Position numbers and translations under genes: made by a program. From Candidatus Asgardarchaeum abyssi (GTDB lineage Archaea > Asgardarchaeota > Asgardarchaeia > Asgardarchaeales > Asgardarchaeaceae), in NCBI GenBank assembly GCA_040225955.1, contig JBECUL010000018.1, positions 1-37,031 on the forward strand: a stretch of 37,031 nt of DNA, in the 5' to 3' direction. The number at the start of each line of letters is the position of its first letter. Position 1 is the first letter of the stretch. The notes below the pieces were generated by a model. The model was not told the origin of the DNA and did not search any database. It saw only the letters and a list, made by a program, of their open reading frames with translations. Of the stretch, positions 9,227 through 18,527 are shown piece by piece.

Positions 9227-10513
9227 ATGAATGAATTGACTCATTCAAATTATATTTGTGGAATCGATCCACATAAAAAAAGATTTACTTCAGTTATTTT
9301 AAATTTTGCTAACGAATCAATAATCAGTGTAAGAACATTTAGTAACGACCGCTACGGGTATAATGAGCTTGCAGAGTGGCTTTCGGAGAATATGTGTAGT
9401 GAAGTTGTTATCGAAACATCTAATAACTTCTGGTACGCCATCTACGACTGGCTCAAAAAACACGGATTCTTAGTTCACGCAGTTAGTCCATCTCAAGTTC
9501 CAAGAAAGAGGAAGAAGAGCGATAAACACGACGCAGCGTGGATTGCATTGATGTATGCGAAGAAGCTTGTTGAAGAATCTTATGTACCAGATGAAAGCAT
9601 TCGAAAGTTAAGGAACTTGATTAGGGTTCGGAGAAAGTTGGTAGAGGAGAGCACAAGTCACAAGAACAGGGTACAATCGCTTTTATCTGCGGCACGTCTT
9701 GATCTGAAGTGTGTTTTCTCAGATGTCTTTGGAGTTTCCGGAACGAAAGTGCTGAAATCGCTCATCGTAGGTGGTGTGGATGATGCGATAAGGGTTGCAC
9801 CTGCAAAGAAGAGGGGAATGCTCAGAGAGGTTCTTGACAGAGCGTACTTGGCGAACTTAGATAATGATCTAGTTCTTGTTCTATTGACGGAGATAGAGCG
9901 GATTAACGAGGCGATAAGGCGCATAGAAATGATGATAGCTAGAGTTATAGATAGTGATGAGAGGATTAAGAAACAAGTGGAGATACTTATATCGATACCT
10001 GGAGTTGATATGATAACGGCAACGACTGTTATTGCGGAGATTGGCGATTTTAGGAGATTTATTGATGGAAAGCAGATAGCAAGCTATTCTGGGCTAGTTC
10101 CACGCATAAATGAGTCGAATGGTAAGCAGTGGGGTCATGGGATAACGAAGCGAGGGAGTCCCTATCTGAGGCATGTGTTGACGGAGGCTGCTGGATCGAT
10201 AGTGAGGACAAAAGCTTCAAAGAGCTTGTATTTGTTCTATTACAATATTATGAAGAGGAGAGGGCACAAGGTAGCGTTAGTAGCGTTAGCACGAAAGCTT
10301 TTGGTAGTGATGCATGCGTTGGTGTTGAGGGGGGAGCACTATCGGGATATTAGTAGGGGTCAGTTAATTACGAGGAAGCTGAGGCGGATAGAGGCGTATG
10401 CGAGGAGATATGAGAAGATGATAAAAGTTGAGTTAAGCGAGCTGAGGCGGATATTAGAAATATTTAAAAGTGACGGAGTAGAAGATGAAGTAGGGGCGGC
10501 AAGTTTTTCATAG
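9227..10513 (+). CDS. IS110-family transposase/recombinase (DEDD RuvC-like plus Tnp20 domain)
   Basis: CGIDPHK (D), VIETS (E), KSDKHDA (DxxD), SIPGVD...EIGDFRRF, YSGLVPRINESNG (catalytic Ser region), KRGSPYLR, VALARKL; GAGGTGA RBS at 9214-9220. Confidence 0.95.
   Translation: MNELTHSNYICGIDPHKKRFTSVILNFANESIISVRTFSNDRYGYNELAEWLSENMCSEVVIETSNNFWYAIYDWLKKHGFLVHAVSPSQVPRKRKKSDKHDAAWIALMYAKKLVEESYVPDESIRKLRNLIRVRRKLVEESTSHKNRVQSLLSAARLDLKCVFSDVFGVSGTKVLKSLIVGGVDDAIRVAPAKKRGMLREVLDRAYLANLDNDLVLVLLTEIERINEAIRRIEMMIARVIDSDERIKKQVEILISIPGVDMITATTVIAEIGDFRRFIDGKQIASYSGLVPRINESNGKQWGHGITKRGSPYLRHVLTEAAGSIVRTKASKSLYLFYYNIMKRRGHKVALVALARKLLVVMHALVLRGEHYRDISRGQLITRKLRRIEAYARRYEKMIKVELSELRRILEIFKSDGVEDEVGAASFS
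10492..10511. repeat. Right sub-terminal inverted repeat of the IS110 element
   Basis: AGGGGCGGCAAGTTTTTCAT, inside the last codons of the transposase. Confidence 0.85.
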
Positions 10514-10607
10514 AAAATATAAAAAATATTTCATGTATTTTACATCAATTATTTATATTTTTATTATTAGGATTGAATAGGCATCGCATGATTTATGGTG
10601 TATTGAC

Positions 10608-12011
10608 ATGCCCGAAAATGTAGATATTATTATAAAGAACTCAATTATAGCAACAATGGATCCTCAAGAGAGATTATTTGAAGATGGAATGGTTGCAATC
10701 AAAGATGGAATCATCGTAGATGTTGACAAAACTAGTCGCATAGAGGATAAATACACAGCAGATAAAGTCATCGACGGTAAAGGAAAAATAATACTCCCAG
10801 GGTTCATTAATACGCATGACCATCTCTTTCAAGTGTTAATGAAAAGTCTTGGTGACGATTTAGCTATTTTAGATTGGTGGCCTACTGCTGTTGGGCCATA
10901 TGTACAATATTTAGAAAAGGAGCATTCATACTATTCAGCTCTTTTAGGCAGTGTTGAGCTTATTAAAAGTGGTGTTACAACAATTTTAGACTTTCAATAT
11001 GCAAATCCAAATCCAGGAACGGATGTTGCTGTCCTTGAAGCTTGGAAAAAACTAGGAGTCAGAGGGATTCTAGGAAGAGGTTATAGTGATTATGATATGT
11101 GGAATTTAAATTTAGGAAGGCTTATTGAACCTCCAGAGAAAATATTTAGCGAAGTTGAGAACTTAATTAGAAACTGGCACAAAAAGGAAAACGGCAGATT
11201 AAATGTTTGGGTTGCCCCAGGAGCGCCGTTTACTATCTCTGATGAAACAGCTATGAAGACAAGAGAATTTGCTGATAAATATAAAATCGGAATCACTATA
11301 CATCTTCATGAATCAAAGCGTGAGGTAGAGCAGTGGAAGCAACAGTTCGGCACATCCCCACTCCAATACTATTATGAAAAACTCCCCGAGTTTCTCGGTC
11401 CAGACATGTTAGGTGTACATTGCGTCTGGATGGATGAAAAAGATATTAAAATCATGAAGGAAAAGGACATTAAGGTTTCACATAATACAATTAGCAATAT
11501 GTACTTGGCCTCTGGAGTTGCCCCTGTGCCAGAATTTCTAAAGAATGGAATTGTGGTAAGCTTGGGTGTTGATGGTGCCGCTTCAAATAACAGCCAAGAT
11601 TTCATGGAGCTTATAAAAGCTACAGCATTATTGCATAAAGTTGCTAGGGTTGATCCTCAGGCCATCACCGCAAAACAAGTTCTCAGAATGGCTACCATTG
11701 ATGGTGCTAGAGCCGTTTTAATGGAGAACGAAATAGGTTCTATTGAAAAAGGTAAGAAAGCGGATATCATAATCTTCGATTTAAACAATATTCAAATGAG
11801 ACCTGTTAATAATCCACTATCACAGGTCGTTTACTGTGGTAAGAGCTGGAACGTGGAAACAGTAATCGTGGATGGAAACATAATAATGGAAAATCGTGTA
11901 GTAAAAGGCGTTGACGAACAAGAACTCATTTGGAAAGTCCAAGAACTTGCAGATGATCTAGTAGAAAAAGCTGGGAAAACAGAATTGAGAAAACAGTTAT
12001 GGTATAGGTAA
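10608..12011 (+). CDS. Amidohydrolase, MTA/SAH (nucleoside/purine) deaminase family
   Basis: PGFINTHDH, IHLHES, GVHCV, SNMYLASG, LGVDGAASNN, GSIEKGKKAD. Confidence 0.9.
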   Translation: MPENVDIIIKNSIIATMDPQERLFEDGMVAIKDGIIVDVDKTSRIEDKYTADKVIDGKGKIILPGFINTHDHLFQVLMKSLGDDLAILDWWPTAVGPYVQYLEKEHSYYSALLGSVELIKSGVTTILDFQYANPNPGTDVAVLEAWKKLGVRGILGRGYSDYDMWNLNLGRLIEPPEKIFSEVENLIRNWHKKENGRLNVWVAPGAPFTISDETAMKTREFADKYKIGITIHLHESKREVEQWKQQFGTSPLQYYYEKLPEFLGPDMLGVHCVWMDEKDIKIMKEKDIKVSHNTISNMYLASGVAPVPEFLKNGIVVSLGVDGAASNNSQDFMELIKATALLHKVARVDPQAITAKQVLRMATIDGARAVLMENEIGSIEKGKKADIIIFDLNNIQMRPVNNPLSQVVYCGKSWNVETVIVDGNIIMENRVVKGVDEQELIWKVQELADDLVEKAGKTELRKQLWYR

Positions 12012-12098
12012 TATATCATTGCCGCCGAAAAGTAATAAATATTTTTTATCATTTCTATTTTTAGTATTTATGAGAAAATCCTCTTTAACTGAAAAATT

Positions 12099-12560
12099 TC
12101 ATTTAATATGAGCTGATAGCCAATCGTGGTATATTCTCAGTGTTTTTTTCACTTATAGGAATTATGATACTTAAATGTTTTACTTTTGTTTAGTTTCTTA
12201 TTGATCGTGTAAATTATTGAAGCCCTATTTTTTCTGCCAAGGCCACTAGATACCCATCCCATCCATTAATATTGAAATTAAATGCATTTCCAATAGTACT
12301 TATAGTTTCATCAATAGATAAATCTCCAAAAAATACGGGAATCTTAATTCTAGCGTAGTTAATAATTCATCGGCAACTTCTTTACGATTTATTCTCAAAT
12401 ATCGTGTCATAACATGATAAGCTCCAATAAATGCAGTTAAAGGAATTATCGCATAATCTCACTCAAAATTACCTTTTTTATGAAATTTATTGCTTCGCCT
12501 TTCGCAGGATTTTCGCAATGACTTAAAACTACAGGTCCAATATCTACTATACCTAGAGCC
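12099..12560 (-). pseudogene. Multiply frameshifted PIN-domain (VapC-like) gene
   Basis: Minus-strand fragments GIVDIGPVVLSHCENPAK / AIIPLTAFIGAYHVMTRY / NINGWDGYLVALAEK / ASIIYTINKKL, joined by single-base shifts. Confidence 0.65.
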
Positions 12561-12576
12561 CAAGCTTTGTTAGGCC

Positions 12577-12694
12577 CTACTCTTTCTCATTGATATCAAA
12601 AACGGTTCCTACCATAACTATTGGGTTTTCAGGCACCTCCAAAATATAGTTTCCCAATTTTTATAGATTTACCTTTGATCCAAAAATTTTTCAT
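12577..12694 (-). pseudogene. N-terminal remnant of an MtrH/MtgA-like methyltransferase
   Basis: GGTGA RBS, then MKNFWIKGKSIKIGKLYFGG/(shift)PENPIVMVGTVF, resembling the MtrH N-terminal GGxPGExPTVLxGTIF motif; truncated after about 38 codons. Confidence 0.45.
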
Positions 12695-12845
12695 TAAATT
12701 TCACCATAGCTTTTGATTTATTAATCATATAGCATTATTTATAAAATATCATTGCAATAGTGAACTATCTCCTTTATTTTTAATTACTTTTATTGAAAAT
12801 ATATTAAAAAATATTAATAGAGATTTTATATGTTTAATAAAAATT

Positions 12846-14210
12846 ATGTTTCATGGTGAGACTATGGGTGAAATAACGTTATTAAAAAATGGAATTATCG
12901 TAACTATGGATCCCTCTATGGGAATCCTAGAAAATGGGCATTTAGTTATAAGGGAAAATAAAATTGAGTATGTAGGAAAAAGTTACGATGATGCTTTAAA
13001 AGTGGGAAAACCAGATATTGAGATCGATCTCACTAAAAAAGCTGTCATGCCAGGGCTTGTGAACATACATAGCCATGTATATCAAATTCTTCTCAAAGAT
13101 ATAATAAGCGATGTGCCTTATGCTATTTGGGATAACAAGTATGTTTTTCCAATAGCCAGGTATATTAATAAAGAAGTCATGAAATATGCAACATACCTTG
13201 CAACGATAGAGATGATAGAATCTGGAACAACTACAGTGGCTGACACGCATTACTTCCACACAGAATGGGATTGCATTGAGGGTATAGCGGAGGCATTTAA
13301 AGATGTCGGAATTCGAGGAATTTTAGCGTGGGGACTTATTGATTATAACTCACCAGAATATGTTATTAAGGATCCAGATGATTCAATTAAAAAATTCAAA
13401 GTGTTTCGTGAAAAGTGGAATAACATGGAAGAAAGAATGAGAGTAGACATTGCACCAGTAGGTTTCGGAATGACAACAGAAGAGGCATTAACAAAGATTT
13501 CAGATTTGGCAAGGGAGTTAGATTTATGGATACACATTCACTCTGCTGGTACACAAGCATCAAATGACTCAGTGATGTGGAAAAAGCTGGTTTCAGAAAC
13601 TGAGTATTATAATCAGCTTGGCCTTATAGGACCTAAAACTATAGTGGCTCATGCAGTTTGGGTAGATAAGGCAGATATTAAAACTCTTGCTGAGAAAAAG
13701 GCAAGCGTAGCACATAACCCTATGAGTAACATGAACTTATCATTTGGTATAGCACCAGTTGTTGATATGTTAGAAATGGGTGTAAATGTAGGTCTTGGTA
13801 CTGATGGGCTCGGGAGTTACACTCAGGACATGTTTAATGTCATAAGAACAACATTACTTTTGCATAAGCTAAGTAGGGGAGCCTCCGCTATTACAGCAAA
13901 AACGGCTTTGGAAATGGCTACCATAAATGGTGCTAAAGCATTAGGTTTGCAAAATGAAATAGGAAGCATCTCTCCGGGTAAGAGAGCTGATCTTGTAATA
14001 ATTGATCTGAACCATGCTAATACGGTACCTTATCGAAATATATATCCGATATTGGCCAACTCTATAAGCCCAAAGAATATAGATATGGTATTCGTAAACG
14101 GAAAAATGGTTGCCAAAGATGGAAAGGTGACAACCGTTAACAGAGAGGAGATATTAGAAAAAGGCAGAGAAATCGCACAGTCACTTTGGGAAAAATGTGG
14201 TTTTATGTAG
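12846..14210 (+). CDS. Amidohydrolase, MTA/SAH deaminase-like family (HxxE motif altered)
   Basis: MPGLVNIHSH, IHSAGT, VAHAV, HNPMSNM, LGTDG, GSISPGKRAD; the true start may be ATG 12864. Confidence 0.88.
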   Translation: MFHGETMGEITLLKNGIIVTMDPSMGILENGHLVIRENKIEYVGKSYDDALKVGKPDIEIDLTKKAVMPGLVNIHSHVYQILLKDIISDVPYAIWDNKYVFPIARYINKEVMKYATYLATIEMIESGTTTVADTHYFHTEWDCIEGIAEAFKDVGIRGILAWGLIDYNSPEYVIKDPDDSIKKFKVFREKWNNMEERMRVDIAPVGFGMTTEEALTKISDLARELDLWIHIHSAGTQASNDSVMWKKLVSETEYYNQLGLIGPKTIVAHAVWVDKADIKTLAEKKASVAHNPMSNMNLSFGIAPVVDMLEMGVNVGLGTDGLGSYTQDMFNVIRTTLLLHKLSRGASAITAKTALEMATINGAKALGLQNEIGSISPGKRADLVIIDLNHANTVPYRNIYPILANSISPKNIDMVFVNGKMVAKDGKVTTVNREEILEKGREIAQSLWEKCGFM

Positions 14211-14503
14211 AGAGGTATTTATATCACTTTTTATCTTTATTTTCAGAGTCATTCAAGGGTTAAATTGAATAGTATTATGCTTCTATTTTTCTATATCATG
14301 TCTTCTTAAAAATTTTTGAAAATATTCATCAAAAGGACTTTGAATATTATGTCAAAAAATGCGAGTTAAACTCAAATCGGACATCATTCAACGCCCTGCA
14401 AATTTACAAGCATGAAACTCTATTCCAATATTTTTACAAAAACATAAATATGTAAAGATATAATTTTACATAAATAGTATTTTTAAACGTTATAGTTAAG
14501 CTG

Positions 14504-14761
14504 GTGACGAACATGGGCACTATATCGGTTTCTAATGAAACTCGTAAAGAGCTTCTGAGATTGAAAATAGAAGAAAATGTAAAAAGTATCGATGAGCTAC
14601 TGAAAAAAATGATCACTCAATATAAAAAAATAAAATTTCTAGAGGCAAGTCAATTCTTTAGGAAACGCGTGAAAGAAAAACAAATTGATTTAGATGAACT
14701 TCTTCCAGAGGAAATATTGGTGATTGAAATTGCTAAAGAAAGAGAAAAAGGCGGTGATTGA
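14504..14761 (+). CDS. Putative antitoxin (VapB3/RHH-like)
   Basis: TISVSNETRKELLRLK....SIDELLKKMI; overlaps the downstream PIN gene. Confidence 0.7.
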   Translation: MTNMGTISVSNETRKELLRLKIEENVKSIDELLKKMITQYKKIKFLEASQFFRKRVKEKQIDLDELLPEEILVIEIAKEREKGGD

Positions 14762-15161
14762 CACAAATGTCATTTTTTCTGCAGCGTATGATCCTTTTTC
14801 TCTTGCTGGCAAACTGATATTTGCTGCACTTGAAGGAAAGGTGACACTAATAGCTCCGGAGATCTGTAAAGATGAGTTAAGGAGAAATCTTATTAATAAA
14901 CTTAATTATTTTAGTAAAGAGGTTGATACTTTTATTTCCGTATTGCCTATTATTTGGATACCTATGAGCGTATATGAATCATTACTTGAGATCGCTGAGA
15001 AATTAATAAAAGGTGATGATGCCCATTTTGTAGCGGTTGCACTATTATATGATATTCCCATAATTACTGGTGATAAAAAACTTCAAAGCTTAAGTAAGAA
15101 ATATGATAAGGTAAAGGCATACAGTCTTAGAAATTTCTTAGAGAACCTTAAGTTAATATGA
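14724..15161 (+). CDS. PIN-domain protein (putative toxin)
   Basis: AVIDTNVIFSA, DDAHFVAVAL, PIITGDKKL. Confidence 0.88.
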   Translation: MKLLKKEKKAVIDTNVIFSAAYDPFSLAGKLIFAALEGKVTLIAPEICKDELRRNLINKLNYFSKEVDTFISVLPIIWIPMSVYESLLEIAEKLIKGDDAHFVAVALLYDIPIITGDKKLQSLSKKYDKVKAYSLRNFLENLKLI

Positions 15162-15226
15162 TATGTATATTCATTAGTACAAGCTGATGATTTAAATAAA
15201 ATAAAAATTATTTGAGTAAAAATGCT

Positions 15227-16264
15227 TCAGCCCTTTTCTTTTCTATAATCATTTACTGCTTTGCAAAATATATCTAAGTTTCGAATCGGAGTTTCTATAG
15301 CCAATCCGCATCCTGGTGCAGGTATATCGATTCCCTCTTCTAATGCCTTCTTAGTTTTCTCATAGATTTCTTCTTTAGTTCCTCTCCAGAGTACACTGAC
15401 TGGGTCAATATTACCAACTAGAAGTACCTTGCCCTTTAGAATATTGACGGCTTCTTTAAGTTTGGTGTTATGATCAAAGCTAAAGGCATTTGGAGATATC
15501 TGTAATACCTTCTCTAATAGCGGAGTTGCATTACCACATATGTGGAGTATAATAGGTACTTTGACTTTATTAATAAGTTTTTTAATATACGGTTTTAATA
15601 GCTTCTCAAAACGCTTAGGCCCAATAAGTGAGGCGACGGGTTCTAATATCACTATAATGTCTCCACCAAGTTCAATAAGAGAGTTATACAGTTCTATAAG
15701 AAAGTTAGTCACATTATCAAGAATATTATTCAACTTATCATCATTACTCATTAGATATCGTATAGTTTTAGGTATTCCCAGTGCTTGTGCGATAGCAGTA
15801 AATGGGCCACTCATGCTTTCAATTACTGGACGGGTATTATCATTCTCCTTAATTATTTTAGTTGCTTTTGCAACTATATCAAGCGGACTAATAAGAGGAT
15901 CGTTAGGAATTTTTATTTTTGAAACATCATCCACAGGTCTTATGACAGTTGGAGGAGCTGTTTTGCTTCCATATTTTACATACGCACCGAAAGCTTCAGC
16001 CTCGTAGGTAATACCAAATGGAACAACATATACATTAAAACAAGAATATTTTACAGGAGCCATTGCGAGTTTTGCCATGAGTTCAGGATCTCTATGAGCA
16101 TCTGGCCAAAAACTTCTTGTTTTTTCCATGAATTCAATTGTTGAGGGTTGATGAAAAAGAAACGGTTCTAATACAGGATTACGTTTATTTAATCTATCTA
16201 CAAAGAGACTGATATAATCAACATTCATTGCTACACATCTCTCATGTATCATACTTCCAACCAT
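15227..16264 (-). CDS. MtaA/CmuA-like methylcobalamin methyltransferase (uroporphyrinogen decarboxylase family)
   Basis: WPDAHRDPELMAKLA, VPFGITYEAEAFGA, GPFT, ILHICG (Zn ligands), GNIDPV, APGCG. Confidence 0.85.
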   Translation of the reverse strand: MVGSMIHERCVAMNVDYISLFVDRLNKRNPVLEPFLFHQPSTIEFMEKTRSFWPDAHRDPELMAKLAMAPVKYSCFNVYVVPFGITYEAEAFGAYVKYGSKTAPPTVIRPVDDVSKIKIPNDPLISPLDIVAKATKIIKENDNTRPVIESMSGPFTAIAQALGIPKTIRYLMSNDDKLNNILDNVTNFLIELYNSLIELGGDIIVILEPVASLIGPKRFEKLLKPYIKKLINKVKVPIILHICGNATPLLEKVLQISPNAFSFDHNTKLKEAVNILKGKVLLVGNIDPVSVLWRGTKEEIYEKTKKALEEGIDIPAPGCGLAIETPIRNLDIFCKAVNDYRKEKG

Positions 16265-16284
16265 TCCAAGCTTGATATAAAGAG

Positions 16285-17517
16285 TTATGATTTTTTGATT
16301 ACTTTTAACCTTAACCTAGCTATCATTTCTGGAACATTTATTTCCATTGGACAGTGAGCATAACAATTCCCACACATAGCACAAGCAAAAAGCCCGCCCT
16401 TTATTGCTGCATCAAGGCCGAACACAAAAGCTGTTAAAATTATTCCTCGCCCTCCTAGATAGCCACCATATCCAAATCCAGGTTTTTTAAACCAATAGCC
16501 AACACCGGGACCTGCAACAATGTAAACTGGACAATATTCATGACATGTAAAGCATCTAATACATCTTAATACGTCTCCAAAGCCTTCTTTCATTGCTCGC
16601 CTTCGACCATTATCTAAAAGAATAACATACATTTCTTTGCATCCTAGTGCTGGACGTATAGATTTGCCCACAATGGGACCCATTTCACTTGGTCCTCTAA
16701 CTGTAAGATAGTATGATGTACCACCAACACCACTTTCATACAAGGATTGGAGATAGGCTGATGCAAATGCAGCTCTCATATCAGGTAATACTTTTTCTAT
16801 GCCAGCCAAGACAACATAGATCGGCCTAAGTGCCATATGGGCTATATTCGCTGAGCCAAATACAGTAAAAACTGCACCATCTGCAGCAGATATCGCATTA
16901 GCCCCACTTATTCCTATTTTTGCCTTGGAGATCCAATTCATTACATCAGCTCTTACAGCATCTATTACCGCCTCAGGAGTTTTCTCGGGCAGCTTTACTT
17001 TTAGCTTTGTCTCAACTATTTTAACTAATCTATCTAATGTTTTATGCGCCACAGGAGTTGGTTTATCGAAAATTATATCATCGGGATCCAGTTGAGCAAT
17101 CCTATATGCCAGCTCTGAGTGTACATACGTAATTCCTCGTTTTTCAAACTCCTCAAACATTCCAATTTCATTAATAAGGTCTGTTGATGAATAAACCACA
17201 ACTTTTTCATCACCTATTACATCTAGGAGATACTTCCGTGCGTCCTCAGCCGTTTCAGCAAAGAATCCATGAATCCCATGTTCTTCAAAGCTTTCCATCG
17301 CTTTTTTAACGAGTTCTTCGTTATGTTCTAATGCCCACTGTCTGATTTCTCTAACTTCTTTTTCTAGAGCGTATGAATTGAATTTCTCCTTGACTTTTTC
17401 TCTATTTTTATTATAAATGTTAAATTTTTGACTTCTAAGTTTAATGATATCATCTCTTTTTAGCATTTCCTCAAGATTTTTTTCAAAATCTTTAAACGCT
17501 TGAGACATGATAACCAC
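16285..17517 (-). CDS. LUD-domain / 4Fe-4S protein (LutB-like)
   Basis: GISGANAISA..G, AGIEKV, LLDNGR, CIRCFTCHEYCP and CAMCGNCYAHCP. Confidence 0.85.
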   Translation of the reverse strand: MVIMSQAFKDFEKNLEEMLKRDDIIKLRSQKFNIYNKNREKVKEKFNSYALEKEVREIRQWALEHNEELVKKAMESFEEHGIHGFFAETAEDARKYLLDVIGDEKVVVYSSTDLINEIGMFEEFEKRGITYVHSELAYRIAQLDPDDIIFDKPTPVAHKTLDRLVKIVETKLKVKLPEKTPEAVIDAVRADVMNWISKAKIGISGANAISAADGAVFTVFGSANIAHMALRPIYVVLAGIEKVLPDMRAAFASAYLQSLYESGVGGTSYYLTVRGPSEMGPIVGKSIRPALGCKEMYVILLDNGRRRAMKEGFGDVLRCIRCFTCHEYCPVYIVAGPGVGYWFKKPGFGYGGYLGGRGIILTAFVFGLDAAIKGGLFACAMCGNCYAHCPMEINVPEMIARLRLKVIKKS

Positions 17518-17518
17518 T

Positions 17519-18527
17519 TTACAATTGCCCTTTCATAGCGTAATAAACAACATCAACAATATCAATGATCTCTCCATTTCTACCCAAAAGATCTCGCCCT
17601 ATTCGTAACATCATAACACAAGGTGCACAAGCGGTAACTACTAAGTCGGCACCAGTATCGACTAGTTCTTGATATCGATCTACTGCTATTCGTCTAGCAA
17701 GTTTTGGGTATACAACCTCAACGCCACCACCACCGTCACACTTTGTTGCGAGTCTATTGTTTACTGGTTCAACAAGTTTTAGCCCATCTATTCGTTTAAG
17801 AATTTCTCGAGGCTCCTCAGTAATATTCATATATCTAGCGAGATAGCATGAGTCATGGAACACAACAGTTCTTTCTTTACTATCTTTAAGGCGAATGTCA
17901 TTTTTCTGCATATATTCGAAAATTATTTCAGTAATATGCTTTACTTCGATACCAAAACCTTCTACATATTCTGGGTAGTAATGTTTAAAAATTGCTCCGC
18001 AAACTGGATTTATTGTTATTATGCGTTTAACACCACGGTCTTTAAGAAATTGATAAACAGACTTAGCTCTCTCAGCAAAATCTTCCAAGAACCCGTAAGT
18101 GTGAAGACCACCGCCACAACAAGGCTCTTCTTCATAGAGAAATCCAAATTCAATACCCATTTCTTTTAATAATTCAATTGCATGCGCCAGTGTTGCACCA
18201 TACTCTTTATTCAGAGATTTAATACTACTCATAATTTTTATCTAATTTTAGCTTTTGAGCTATTTTTCCTAGTGCTATCATCTTGTCCATGCCAATACCT
18301 AATTTTGATAACGTTTTCTCGTACTTTAGTAAACTTTCAGCATAGCCCATAAGGGGATTCATACAAGATGCAAAAAATATTGTTTCATGTCGCCGTGGAA
18401 GGTCATAGTCAGTAACCCAGTGAAAACGCTCTTCCTTAGGGGCACCAAATGGATTTTCATACTCCAAGTAGTGCTTTCTTGCCTCAATAATAGCTTTTGG
18501 CAAGGAAAATTTTTCTTCAGATGGCAC
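17519..18527 (-). pseudogene. CCG-domain Fe-S oxidoreductase (GlpC/HdrD/LutA-like), split by one frameshift near 18235
   Basis: 18225-18527 (NPFG, FFASC) and 17519-18232 (EPCCG, HDSCYLAR, TACAPC) join if the A5 run in GATAAAAATTATG is read as A4. Confidence 0.75.

Larger units (their letters stand above)
8999..10516 (+). mobile_element. IS110-family insertion sequence (inferred ends)
   Basis: Transposase ORF with higher GC than the flanks; 11-bp perfect sub-terminal inverted repeats (9004-9014 ATGAAAAACTT / 10501-10511 AAGTTTTTCAT), each 5 nt inside the ends inferred from ncRNA guide matches; no target duplication. Confidence 0.85.

Noticed and set aside
9090-9272. 60-aa minus-strand ORF over the IS110 leader
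   Set aside because: No recognisable motif or RBS; the region is better explained by RNA structure.
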